Notes: generated from the sequence alone by a model not told the origin. A stretch of 63,864 nucleotides of DNA, filler included, from Aduncisulcus paluster (GCA_024181965.1; 8 parts of 8 records of this genome joined end to end with filler, not necessarily neighbours in it), one strand, 5' to 3'. Counted from the whole stretch's first letter, positions 1-11,244 are shown. Made by a program: numbers and translations.

Positions 1-2
1 GG

Positions 3-110
3 AAAACATCGCCTTCTGCCGTTGCAATGTTTGTTGCTCCAGAAGAAGAGGAGGAAGAGGAAGTATATGTGTACAGAAATGAAGAAGAGGAAGAAGAGGA
101 AGAACAATAG
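3..110 (+). CDS. C-terminal end of an acidic protein (5' part outside the window)
   Basis: Frame 3 reads KTSPSAVAMFVAPEEEEEEEVYVYRNEEEEEEEEEQ followed by TAG at 108-110. Poly-Glu tracts are typical of the other genes here. Confidence 0.6.
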   Translation, partial: KTSPSAVAMFVAPEEEEEEEVYVYRNEEEEEEEEQ

Positions 111-175
111 GTGAGAGATGAATTTTGTTTTCAAATGGTGTTCATGTTTTTTTTCCCGTACAGTTGTACAGTTCT

Positions 176-545
176 TGATCAATTCTGGTTATAGAGTATT
201 ATTGTTCCTCCAACTCCCGATAGATCTCTCCCCAACCTGACGTTTCGGAATATATGAACCGGTAAAAAACGCATTTCTTCAGGAGGGAGGCTCTATTGGG
301 AGGCTCTTCTAAGCGCCCTGTTCTTGACCTTGACCAATGAGCATTTATTTTTCACCCCCTGTGTTATTGCCTTTCGAGGCGGTAATATATGGTGGAGCCA
401 CTTTGTGGTTCAGAATATACTCAAAAATAAAGAATCGTCATTATTTGTACTATCCCTCCGCTAGGAAGCCATGAAACACAAGGAAGGATCCTCTCAGCCT
501 GAGAAACTTGAAGTTTTCAATTGAATTGTGCTCGATCATTTTTTT
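176..545 (+). ncRNA. Putative structured non-coding RNA of unknown class (telomerase-RNA-like layout)
   Basis: Several helices with G-U pairs on the + strand: 214-240/279-302; 360-372/377-389 with a TTCG loop; 395-401/405-411; 452-459/482-489; 492-496/500-504. The ends can pair (176-185 with 523-538) and a T7 run follows at 539-545. No ORF in the track. Confidence 0.55.
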
Positions 546-781
546 CCCTCTCTTTCTTAGAGTGTTTTAAATTGACTGGTTATTACTTCAAAAGGTATCT
601 AACTCACTTAATAAATTGCTTTTCTTATTGGATTCGCTCATTGACTTGTATTATCAAAAGAAAATGACCAATAAAACGGCACCAGAGATCTAAAAGATAT
701 TCTTAAATTATAATCAGTGTTCATAAACACTTCTTAAGAAGAAATTATATAATGCAAACTCGAAAGAAAGTCAACTCAAAC

Positions 782-1201
782 TTACTTGTGAGAAAGACGA
801 CGAGCCAAATCGACATCCTTGTCCATGATGGTAACACGGTTAGTGTGGAGAGCACAAAGGTTGGTGTCCTCGAACATAGAAACAAGGTAGGACTCAGAGG
901 CCTCTTGAAGAGCGGCCAAAGCCTGAGCCTGGAAACGAAGATCGGAACGGATACCAACAGCAATAGCACGGACAAGACGTTGGAAAGGAGCCTTACGCAT
1001 CAAAAGGTCGGTAGATTTCTGGAACTTCTTGATCTCACGGATAGCCACGGTACCGGGCTTGAACTTACGAGAGAGACCTCCAGTGGAACCTCCCTTAACA
1101 CCAGCAGCGGTGGTGCTGGTCTTACGGGCAGCCTTAACGGCGATTTGCTTACGTGGGGCCTTACCGGCGTTCTTACGAGCAGTTTGCTTAGTACGAGCCA
1201 T
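782..1201 (-). CDS. H3: Histone H3 variant
   Basis: Starts [10 protein letters not shown] and has the histone-fold motifs [31 protein letters not shown] and RVTIM. ATG at 1201. A 53-nt intron at 785-733 is possible and would extend the C-terminus by SVYEH. Confidence 0.95.
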   Translation of the reverse strand: MARTKQTARKNAGKAPRKQIAVKAARKTSTTAAGVKGGSTGGLSRKFKPGTVAIREIKKFQKSTDLLMRKAPFQRLVRAIAVGIRSDLRFQAQALAALQEASESYLVSMFEDTNLCALHTNRVTIMDKDVDLARRLSHK

Positions 1202-1573
1202 TATTAATCTAAACAAAGAACAAACAGTTAAAAGGAATGTAAGAAATCTGAAACAAAATAAATATCAAAAACTAAACCAAGAAAATAGAAGCTAACTAAT
1301 TACATACAATTTGCGATGCAAGAAAAATAGACAATATGTTTGATCCAGAGGTCATAAATCAATTTTGTTTCTAGTCACAGAAATTGAAAAATATTAATTC
1401 AAGATAATTTTTAAAACTACCATAATATTTATTATCAAATTTTTATTTAATTTTGCAAAATAAATATCATTATACAGCCTAATATATAATTAAAACTCAT
1501 AATAATCATATAAATAAGTGATCAAAGTAAGACTTGAAAAGTTGGATTGGTTTTGTCGTCTTGATCACTTTCA

Positions 1574-2255
1574 ATGAAGATTGATATTCTACAAGTATAT
1601 ATTCTTCTTTCTATCCTTGGGTTAGCTTTATGTTATACCGAAACCCAATATACTTACACTGCCAAACTGGATAATTTCAAACCCTTTGATAGACGCGAAT
1701 TTACGAAATCAGAGATTATTTCGATCCAAATACTGGTCCAGTTTTCTTATATCAATGTGGAGAATATGAGTATGTCTCATGTGCCTTTTTAGTTTTAACT
1801 CTTATATAATCTGATTATTTATTGTATTATTTTCTTTTTTTAATTATTTTATTTCTAAATATTCAACTACAACTATCTTTTTATCTTTTCTTTTGTATTA
1901 GATGTACTGGTTTCCCGATTACCGTCTCTTCCCCATCGAGCTCGCCCAAGAGTATAATGCCCTTGTCCTCACGCTCGAACATAGATTTTACGGTGCCAGT
2001 CAACCATTTGACACATGGGATACCGATAATTTACGCTACCACACCACCGATCAAGCTCTTGTTGATACCGCTAATTTCATTCAACAAATGAAAGCCCAAT
2101 TAGCCGACGAAACTGGAAGATCTGATGATATCCCATTTTTTATGTTTGGAGCCTCCTATCCTGGGGCATTTGTTGCCTTTTTCCAAACCAAATTCCCCCA
2201 TTTAGTTAAAGGAACTGTTGCTTCCTCTGCTGTTGTTAATCCTATCATTGATTTA
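1574..2255 (+). pseudogene. Peptidase S28 family (PRCP/TSSP-like serine carboxypeptidase), disrupted and truncated
   Basis: Signal peptide, LDNF, GPVFLYQCGE, LEHRFYGASQPF, QALVD and nucleophile motif GASYPG. Intron GTATGT...TAG at about 1770-1901. Needs frameshifts near 1709 and 1915, and homology stops near 2255 before the catalytic Asp/His region. Confidence 0.75.
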
Positions 2256-2815
2256 TCTATTGATATTTCTTTCGTTAATGGAGAAGATTTCTTAACTTCA
2301 GGTGTGGTATCTAATTGTAAGGAATTTCGACGGATACTTGGCGATTTCAATGGTTTTATCTTTCTTGGAGAAATAGAAGCCGTGATATCTTTATTATGAT
2401 AACAGACCACATTTCAATATTATATTTTTAATTACAACTTTTATAGTTTTTATATAATGCTATATTTTTTAAAAGTACTGAAATAAGTTAAATAGAAAAT
2501 ATTATAATTATTATATTTTAGAGAAATAATATTTTATTAACATGATATTTTATATATTCTTTTATTTATTAACCTCCAATCCAATCCCTATATCGTCCAA
2601 TCCAATTTAGTAATTATTGTTGGCCCAACAGCCGGGCTGTTCAATAAATAAAGAGGCAAAATGATGTTCATTTTTTAAAAATTATTAATGATGGAATCAA
2701 TTCTTCAATTGTAAAAAAAATATCCTTCATTATTCCAACTTCCACCAAACTAATCGCCTATTGTGTTGCATTGTAAAACTTCATAAAAATATAAACACTT
2801 TAAGTTGAATTTAAA

Positions 2816-4034
2816 ATGGCAATACATCGCTTACAAAGTTATTTTCATGCCATTGTTCAACATCTCCAATACTTAGCCCAATCATCTCATATTCAATCAT
2901 ATAGTAAGAAATATAAAGAATATTTACTGCTTCCTTCAGTAATGTCTCGGATTTATAAACAACTTTTAAAAATATACTCTCATATCAAATTATGTCCTGC
3001 TGCTTTATTGAAAGCGTCGAATATCTATCGAACCGAGCGTTATATCATGAATAATCAGTATAGACATGGTCCAATTGTTACATCATCCTCATTTACATCA
3101 TCTCTTGCCCCTTCAAAACATTCCTTTTTCACAACCAGTGATCTTATTCCTTCCTCTGAATGTCTTCAAACAACATTGGAATCCGAAAATTCGAGTATAT
3201 TATCACATGATCTGGCTCTTATTATTCTTTGTGCTGTCTGTGAAAGTTCTATTTTAAATTGTTCTGGTCGCAATCTTACTCTTCATGAAAAGCAGATATT
3301 GAATAGACAAAAAGTTGAAATTTTTATGTTTTTCCTAGAATCGTTGTATTGTAGCATTGGTGATGATGGACGTATTGGTGTTCATACGAATAGAAGCTCC
3401 TTCAGTAGTTCTCTTCCCTTTTCAACGACATCTGTTTTCTACTCTCAGAAATTATCTTCTGCGGCAACTCCAATAATGGTATCTTCTTATTCAAAATCTT
3501 TTAGTGATATGAGTGTTCACAACAGTCAAGTTCTCGTTTTTCTATTTCATTTTGTGTCTCGAATGCTTCGTAAGTTCTGCAACGTTGTATGGGAAGATAA
3601 GTGTCAGTATAAAACATCTCAAATTGATCGATATGGACAAGGTTCGATGCTTTCTCTCATACATCCACTCTGTTCCTGTCTGAGTTCTTTCATTGGAATA
3701 TGTGAATCTAGTCTGGACACGATTGTGCCGAGTACAGAGGAAATGAGTGGAAGTGATCAGTATTCAGTGCCTGAACATAGTGAATATATAACAGATGGAC
3801 CTGCAACTCCCACAATTCGACAAAAGAATACCCATGATACTGATATTTCCTCCTCATCAACAAACCCACCCACAAAAGAAACAACTTTAGATGTTTCTTT
3901 TGCAAATATTTCTGTGTCTATTCACTCCGATATTGAATCCCTTCTATCTTCTTTCCTTTTTTCGGATCTCTGTTCTGGATTCAATTATTTGTCTCAATTA
4001 ACGGTGTTTTTTTGTGGAATATGTGAGATTCAGC
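2816..4034 (+). CDS. Hypothetical Ser-rich protein, 3'-truncated by contig end
   Basis: ORF of more than 400 codons from an ATG, running into the N spacer. No motif recognised. Confidence 0.75.
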
Positions 4035-4134
4035 NNNNNNNNNNNNNNNNNNNNNNNNNNNNNNNNNNNNNNNNNNNNTTAATTAATTAANNNNNNNNNN
4101 NNNNNNNNNNNNNNNNNNNNNNNNNNNNNNNNNN
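4035..4134. other. Artificial contig spacer (N44-TTAATTAATTAA-N44)
   Basis: Identical 100-nt spacers with a six-frame stop also occur at 26927-27026, 35375-35474, 40691-40790, 45024-45123, 53534-53633 and 59742-59841. Confidence 0.98.
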
Positions 4135-4491
4135 ATATTACCTCAAACACGCAACCACCATCAAGATTGATAGCGAAATCGGCAAAAGGTCCACTATATC
4201 TCCGAGAAAATGTTGAGAAACTATTTGTGAGCAAAGAATAGCCATAAAAAACAGCCCTCGACCGTTCGAAGAATTGTTAGTTTTCGAAAAGAAAGGTTGT
4301 CGAAATGATTGTTTCTTTCTTCTCAGATTCCATTTCAGGAGATCAAGGAGGTGGAAATTGGCACGTTCGATTGGAATATAATTTATTATTTCGCAAAAGA
4401 TACAACAAAAAAAATATTTTAAACTGATATTTCTTGCATAACATGGAGATACAGCTCGACTTCATCTCATCAAATAATTAATACAAAACAA

Positions 4492-5118
4492 TCAATGAAT
4501 ATCTTCTTCATCTTTAACACTTCTTTTTTCTGCTTGAATTCGAGCCTTTTCAGATGTATATTGTTCGGCGGCGAACGATATAGGAACGAATTTGGTTGTA
4601 AAAAATTCTTCTTCACGTTCTTCAAGAAATTCAAGTAATTGGCGAGATTTCAATAAAATAATTGAGAGGGCAAGCTGACTAACTGCTGGAGAGAGCCCCA
4701 TGGGTTGAACAAGGAGACGAGGTAACTCAACAAAAAAACGAAGCAAATGCTCAGCACCGAACACAGAGCACCAATCAAGGAGGGAGCCAGCGGTCACTGG
4801 CTTTGGCAATTTTTGTCGGGGAAAAGATGATGGGAGTTTTAAAGCATCTCTTTCTTCAGCATATAATAAACGAGTTGTGACACAAGCATTGAAATAAGCC
4901 TTTACGCCAGCAACATAATCAAGAACAAAATCTCGATGGACTGTTGCCAAATCTGGTGGGGCAGCTTTCGTAATATATTGATCTAATATGGAATTAATGT
5001 TGGGTGTTCTAGGCAGAGGCGGAAATCGACCAAGAGAGGTAACACAATGCCAATCGAATGCCAATCTATTCTTTAATGACTCTGGAATTTGTATAGTAAC
5101 AACAAAATCATGTTCCAT
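4492..5118 (-). CDS. EAF3: MRG-domain protein (MRG15/Eaf3 family), no chromodomain visible
   Basis: IPESLKNRLAFDW, LPRTPNINSILDQY, GVKAYFN...LLYAEER and VFGAEHLLRFFVELP match the MRG-domain signatures. Confidence 0.85.
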   Translation of the reverse strand: MEHDFVVTIQIPESLKNRLAFDWHCVTSLGRFPPLPRTPNINSILDQYITKAAPPDLATVHRDFVLDYVAGVKAYFNACVTTRLLYAEERDALKLPSSFPRQKLPKPVTAGSLLDWCSVFGAEHLLRFFVELPRLLVQPMGLSPAVSQLALSIILLKSRQLLEFLEEREEEFFTTKFVPISFAAEQYTSEKARIQAEKRSVKDEEDIH

Positions 5119-5623
5119 ATCTGATATCTATCAGAAAACACCAATTTTACTAAAAACTGAGAATCATAATATTTCTCGAAGTTTTCACGAAAGATATACC
5201 TAATAGGAAAGTACATGAAATCCCTTTTACTTAGCTTTAGGGAATAAAAGGACATAATGAAGCTATAGAATTGTAATTAATTTCCACCCTCAAAGCATCT
5301 TGGAAATGAAATAATATGATATAAAATATCATTATTTTTATGCATGAAATTTATTGAGAATATTAAGCCATGAATTATTCTTGAATTGCATTCATTAGAC
5401 ATGTCAGAGATAATTTAACATCAAATCAAGATTGTTATAACATATCTAACCTCCATTCTTTTGTTATTGGAGAATATGATAATTGTCTTTTGAAGAATAT
5501 ATAACTATTGATAGGATATTTGAAATTTTTTTGGATCTATTTTTATCTATTCAAGAAAATTTAAGAAAGAGCCGTTTTACGTCTTTCTTGCGCTTTTTTG
5601 CCTTCTACACCTAAAAGGGATAA

Positions 5624-6940
5624 ATGACAGAAGTTACGTATAGCACAAAAGCTATTCTGGGTGTTACCGGAATGCTTACATTTGGAACTGGAACTATGGT
5701 TTCCAGTAAGATCATGCTTGATATGTCTTCTGTAAACTCCGCTGGACAAACTGTTAAGTTCGAGAAGCCTGTTTTCCAGACATTCATTATGTTTACTTCA
5801 ATGGCTATTCCTATTATCGTCCATCTCATTGGTCTTTGCATGAAGCAGAAAAAAATTAGAGAACGTAGGGCTGCTGGAACTGTTGATAATCAAGAGGCTG
5901 AGAAGGCTGGACTTCTTGGAAATGAAGAAGTTGAAGTTGAGACCGCTGAACAATTGCTTGAGAAAGAAGAAGCTATTCTTCATCCTTTTTCTGATGGTCG
6001 TTGGAAATCTTACGTCTATGTTGCTTTCCCTTCTATTTTTGACATGATTGCTACTACTTTGATGACCGATGGTCTTGAGAAGATTGATGTGTCTATTATG
6101 CAGATGCTTCGTGGATCCATGGTTATTTTCTCTGCCATTTTCTCTCATTTCCTCCTCCACAAGCGCCAATACCTTTACAACTGGATGGGTGTTATTGTTG
6201 CTGGTATCGCCTGTGCTCTTGTTGGTGTTTCTTCTATCATGACATCTGTTTCCGGTTCTGCTGGTGGTGCCGCTGATACAATTGAGGGATGCACTCTTGT
6301 TGTCTGTTCTCAGTTAGTTCAAGCCGGTCAGATTGTTACCGAAAGTTACCTTCTCTCTGGTTTTGAGTCTACTGATCCTCTCCAGGTCGTGGGTATGGAA
6401 GGTGTCTTCGGAACTCTTATCACTGGTCTTGTCCTCTATCCTCTTGCTTATATTCTCCCTGGAAATGACCCTAAGCATGGTCAGCCCGATGGATGTATGG
6501 AAAACTTTGGTGATGTGTTCACCATGATGGCCAACAACCATGACATTATCTGGTGTGCTCTTGTTTACTGGATTTGTATTCTTTTCCTTAACGTTTCTGG
6601 TATGACTGTTACTAACGAGCTTAACGCTGTTCACCGTACCGTGTGGGAGTCTATCAGAACTGTCGCTATTTGGATTACCGATCTTTTCATTGGTTACGTC
6701 GTTGTTCCCAACTCTGTTTTCGGAGAATTCTGGACCTACTGGTCTTTCCTTCAACTTGCTGGTTTCGTTTGGCTTTCATACTCTTCATTCCTCTACTCCG
6801 GTAACGTCAAGTACCCATTCTTATCTAAATCTTACACTAAATCCCAGAGAGTTGCTGATGGATATGACCAGATGGTCCCTATTACTTGCTGTTGTTGTTC
6901 TGCTCAAGATGATGAGGAAGCTGCTGAGTCATCTGTGTAA
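5624..6940 (+). CDS. SLC35F6: SLC35F6/CRT-like drug-metabolite (nucleotide-sugar type) transporter
   Basis: About 10 TM segments. Motifs FEKPVFQTFIMF, PSIFDMIATTL, SIMQMLRGSMVIF, VGMEGVFG and VTNELNAVHRTVWESIRT. Confidence 0.85.
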   Translation: MTEVTYSTKAILGVTGMLTFGTGTMVSSKIMLDMSSVNSAGQTVKFEKPVFQTFIMFTSMAIPIIVHLIGLCMKQKKIRERRAAGTVDNQEAEKAGLLGNEEVEVETAEQLLEKEEAILHPFSDGRWKSYVYVAFPSIFDMIATTLMTDGLEKIDVSIMQMLRGSMVIFSAIFSHFLLHKRQYLYNWMGVIVAGIACALVGVSSIMTSVSGSAGGAADTIEGCTLVVCSQLVQAGQIVTESYLLSGFESTDPLQVVGMEGVFGTLITGLVLYPLAYILPGNDPKHGQPDGCMENFGDVFTMMANNHDIIWCALVYWICILFLNVSGMTVTNELNAVHRTVWESIRTVAIWITDLFIGYVVVPNSVFGEFWTYWSFLQLAGFVWLSYSSFLYSGNVKYPFLSKSYTKSQRVADGYDQMVPITCCCCSAQDDEEAAESSV

Positions 6941-7427
6941 AACATTCAGGAAGTAAAATAATTTATAGGTTGGTTCGTATTTGATATTGTTTCACTATTC
7001 TTATTTAAAATTTAGTAAATTTATCATAAGAGTTTCGTCGATTTTAGAAAATTTTCTGGTATCCCTGGGAAATATTGTAATTGAGGGAGATTTTATTAAT
7101 AGAACTAAGAATTATCAATATACTAATTGAATAATAATAAAATAATTTCACTAAAATTACAACAACAAAAAGCACCATCCAAATTGTCTTGACCGCGTAT
7201 TACATAATATGTTTTACAAAATTCTAATATAAATAGAAATATAAATACAATATTATTAAAATTATTTGTTGTCCCAAATAGAAAAATATCACGATCACGA
7301 GTTTTGCAGATGAAACTAAAACCTCCAAGCATATGAAGCTCCAACTAAAAATAAATAAATATATGCCTGTTATAAAAGTGATAAAGATTGGTGAGCCACA
7401 TAATAAAGGTGAGAATCATTGAAGACA

Positions 7428-10400
7428 TCATTTAGAAGAAGTTGGTTTTGATTGTTCAATTTCTTTCTCAATCATTGTTAATATTTTTGAATCTTCTTTG
7501 TCAACAATTGGAATTCTTGGCTTGGACTTCGAGGAGGGTCTACGGGATGATTTTCTTCGACTTTTGTTTTCTTTGACATTTTTTTGCTTTTCCTCAGGAT
7601 TGGAGGAAAGTTGTTCATGATGAGAGGTCAAAGGCTCAATTACCTCATTTTTTGTTCTGATTACTGGTGTTTTGGTGGGGGCACGGGTTGGATTGGGTTG
7701 AGAGGCGGTTTCAAACTCTTTTAGTTTTCTTTCCTCCAAAGAATTTGATCTTCTCGTGGGATTGGGATGCCCAGATTCATTTTGAAGTTTTTGTAACCAT
7801 TTCCTCCGCTCTTCTCTCTTTTGCCTAGCCTCATCAAGAGCCTTGTCTCGATCCCTCCACTTCTTTGTCCTTTCCCATTCTCGCTTCTCTTCTACTTCAC
7901 GTTGACGCTGACGGTATTGTGATCCTCGGCTACGGGCACGTTGGATGGCCTTTGAGACAGTTGGGTCCGATGCTGAAGCCTTCATCTTGTCTTGAGAAAT
8001 AGAGGAGGAAGAACTTCGTGGAGGATGAGAATGAATCTTGGACACGATTGCATGGGACTGAGAATCATCAGAATTAGGAGTTGAGAGACGAGTTGGATAT
8101 TGTGAGGTCGAAGAAGGGTTGTTGGAAGAAGGAGGTGAATTATGAGTGGATTTGTGAGAAATTGATGAACTCCTTCTTCGTTTGACTTTGCCGGAAGAAG
8201 ATGCCCGGATGAGAATGTCTTTGGCTTCAACAGCAATATGGTCAAGTTGGGATTGTTTGTTGTGCTCCTGGGCTTTTTTTTGGAACTGTTCTGGACGCAT
8301 TCGAACAAAAACAGAATGGACACGACGAGCAGCGGCGGCAGCGGCATCAGCAGCGATGGATGAGGATCGTCTCTGCTGCTCTTCTTGTTGCTGATCCTCT
8401 TGAAGTCGTTTCTTCTCNNNNNNNNNNNNNNNNNNNNGAAATTGATGAACTCCTTCTTCGTTTGACTTTGCCGGAAGAAGATGCCCGGATGAGAATGTCT
8501 TTGGCTTCAACAGCAATATGGTCAAGTTGGGATTGTTTGTTGTGCTCCTGGGCTTTTTTTTGGAACTGTTCTTGACGCATTCGAACAAAAACAGAATGGA
8601 CACGACGAGCAGCGGCGGCAGCGGCATCAGCAGCGATGGATGAGGATCGTCTCTGCTGCTCTTCTTGTTGCTGATCCTCTTGAAGTCGTTTCTTCTCAAG
8701 GTCAAGAAGATGTTGCCTTTTTTGCTTTTCTTTTTCATGGACACGTCGGGCGGCACGTTTTCTTGCCTCTTCTTCACGTTGTTTGCGCTCTTTAATTCTC
8801 TTTTCTATTGCTTCATCATATTTTTCAATGTGAGAAGAATGCTCTTTAGGATCTTTTCTATCTTGAATTTTATCATGTTTTGATTCAATCGAACTCTTTG
8901 TCTTACTCTCCAACTTATTTTTTTCTTCAATGGGTTTCTTTGTCCTCTTTTCTTCGATAAAGTCCTGTCTAGGATCTTGGGTTGGACCTGGATCTGACTT
9001 TCTCTTCGTTACTCTAAATTTAGATTGAGAAGGAGTCAGAGCTTGGCCATTAGATTGCCGAGAAGATGAGGGAGGTGTTTCTTTATGTATCTTTCTTGAA
9101 GGTATATCCTTCATAACAGGCTGATTATTGTCATTCTTACTCTTAGCAATTATACTCTTAGCAATTATACGGTCTTTCTTAGAGTGAGACTCGTGTGAAC
9201 GCTCATGTTTGACATACTTCGGAGAGCTTGGATGGGATTTCTTTGATATTCCTTCAATGCTGTGCTGAGCTGTACTATTCTCAGTCAATTGAGAAGGTTC
9301 GTCTTGTTTGACTTGATTTGGGTGAGATATCTTTTTTGTTTGTGGGATATGTCTTTCTTGTGAAGATGGTTCTTTCTGTTCTTCTCTCTGCTTGAGATCT
9401 TGGCGCTTTATGGATCCTATTTCTTCTTCTTGTTTTTGATAATATTTCTTCACTAATTTGGATGTAATCTCCATCTTATCACGTTCCCGAGCACGTTCTT
9501 TCTCTCGTTCTATTAATACTTTTTGATTTAATTCCCGCATTCGAGACCTTTCCTTCTCACGTTGCTTTGTTTTACGGGATTGCTTTATGCTTTTTTCTTT
9601 TTCCGCCATTCTTCTTTCCTTTCGCCAAGACTGTCCTGGACTGAGCCTCTCCACAGAATCTTCGTGTGTAATGGAAGCTTGTTTAGCTGGTGAAAAGGGG
9701 GAATATTTTCCTTGTTTCTCAAAAGAGTGAGAATATTTGGAAGGGAGGGAATCTTTTGGCTTGATAGATTGAACAGGTTGTTGCTCTTCTGAATTCTCTC
9801 TCTCTTTCTTAACTGTTCCATCCTTGATGACTGACTTATCTCTCTTGATTCTGTGAGATTGTATCCTTTTGGATTTGAGCAGAGTGGGCTGGTCAAGAGC
9901 AACCATGGGAGTTGGCTGAGAATCTTCATGGACAGAGGGGGGCTGTTCTTCACTGGGGAAGTCATTAGTCCATAGGACAGAGAGATCTGTCTTCATTAAA
10001 TGGTTTGGAGGAGTCTTGGGAAGAGAATCGATCGCAGGAATATCTTTGTCATGAATATGGGTACAAACATCACTGGAAGGAAACTCTTTCGACTTCTTGG
10101 GTTTCTTCTCACTCTTTCTCTTCGTAATGGTCTGAGGTTTAGTCTCTTTGACCGGTTGTGAAGAGAGGGAAAGATGTTTGGAAGGAGGTTCTTTCCTTTT
10201 CTCAACGGAAAGGATCATACGTTGAAGTCTAGCCTTTCGCTCGAGCAAGGCCGCACGAATACGAGATCTTGGACGAGAAGAATCATCCTTTTTGGTGGGG
10301 ATCTGCTGTATTCTTATTGGTGGTTCCACCTTGCTCAATTCGTTGATATGATGAGAGATTTCCTGTCTTTCCTGTGATTCTGTCTCTTCATCATCAAACG

Positions 10401-11244
10401 AATAATGTGCCCCCACACTTATTGGAGAAGAATGGGATCTATCCTTGTAATTGGACAAATGGGTCTCTTGTAGTTCATCGCTTTGGATACATTCTGAACA
10501 ATTCTGACCCTCAGGAGATTCTTCTTCTTCTCCTTTTGCTTCCAGAGTCTCTTTGTGAGGACTGAGTGGAGGACTACGAATAGGGTGGACAGTGGGGAGA
10601 ATATATGAAGATTGGGACTCAGATCGAGCAGATCCATCAATGGAATCTCTTTGGTATTGAGACAAAGAGGAGGAAGAGGAGGAAGAGTGATTTATAATAG
10701 AAGAAGAATATTGATTTTGAGAACGAGTTAATTCTGAAAGCAGCATTGGTGAAGTATCAAATTTAGCCTCATGAGGCAGGTCAGATCGATCGGAATAAGT
10801 GTGCTGTTCTGGGTGCTTTGGTTGGGTATCATTAATAAAATCTGTTCTATGGTCCTTTGAGAGATCTTTGAGTTGTCCACGAGCGAACTTCTCCGTTCGA
10901 TCAAACTTGTCGTGAATGGAAATGGAGCTAGAGAATGAAGAGATAGATTTTTGTTGATCTTTTGGAGAAATTGGAGGCGATAAACTCCCTTGATGTGATG
11001 TTAAACTAGACATTGGGAGTTTCCCTGTTAATTTAAATGATTCACAGATATTTCCATTATAACAATCGATTATATGTATGATTTCATCCTTTAATAAAGA
11101 GAAATATGTTTCAATTTGATACTTTACAGCAGAATAATGTTGAGTTTTATAGCCGGTAGAATATTGCAATGCTTTAACAATTGATTCCGAATATGTAGTT
11201 AATGTTCTTGATAACTCATCAATAATTTGACGATATACGTCCAT
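7428..11244 (-). CDS. Large low-complexity, coiled-coil hypothetical protein split by a scaffold gap
   Basis: Two track ORFs join in frame once the 280 nt of redundant sequence and gap around 8418-8437 are removed. First ATG at 11244 (MDVYRQ), giving about 1180 aa. Confidence 0.8.
8158..8697. repeat. Overlap duplication flanking a 20-N gap (assembly artefact)
   Basis: 8158-8417 matches 8438-8697 with one visible substitution (CTGGACG versus CTTGACG). Confidence 0.9.

Noticed and set aside
236-283. Minus-strand CTGAAGA...CCGAAACGTC resembling a minimal hammerhead ribozyme
   Set aside because: Stem II does not pair next to the core and stem I is out of register. G-U pairing favours a + strand structure.
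782-1201. CenH3/CENP-A identity
   Set aside because: The N-terminus is near canonical, Q68/F84/T107 equivalents are present and loop 1 is not extended.
752-1207. 151-aa + strand ORF, and similar antisense ORFs over the ubiquitin genes (27028-27537, 43482-43955)
   Set aside because: These are antisense shadows of codon-biased conserved genes.
4035-4134. Recurrent TTAATTAATTAA within N runs as a biological repeat, and gene neighbourhoods across these spacers
   Set aside because: It is an artificial six-frame-stop linker, so adjacency across spacers has no biological meaning.
5624-6940. Alternative genetic code (TAR read as Gln, as in hexamitid diplomonads)
   Set aside because: Long genes read without internal stops, and conserved genes end at TAA, TAG or TGA where expected.
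8158-8697. Direct repeats around the 20-N gaps (also 14754-15165 and 32230-32587) as real duplications
   Set aside because: They are unmerged contig overlaps. The single-base differences fit allelic variation, and collapsing the first restores a reading frame.
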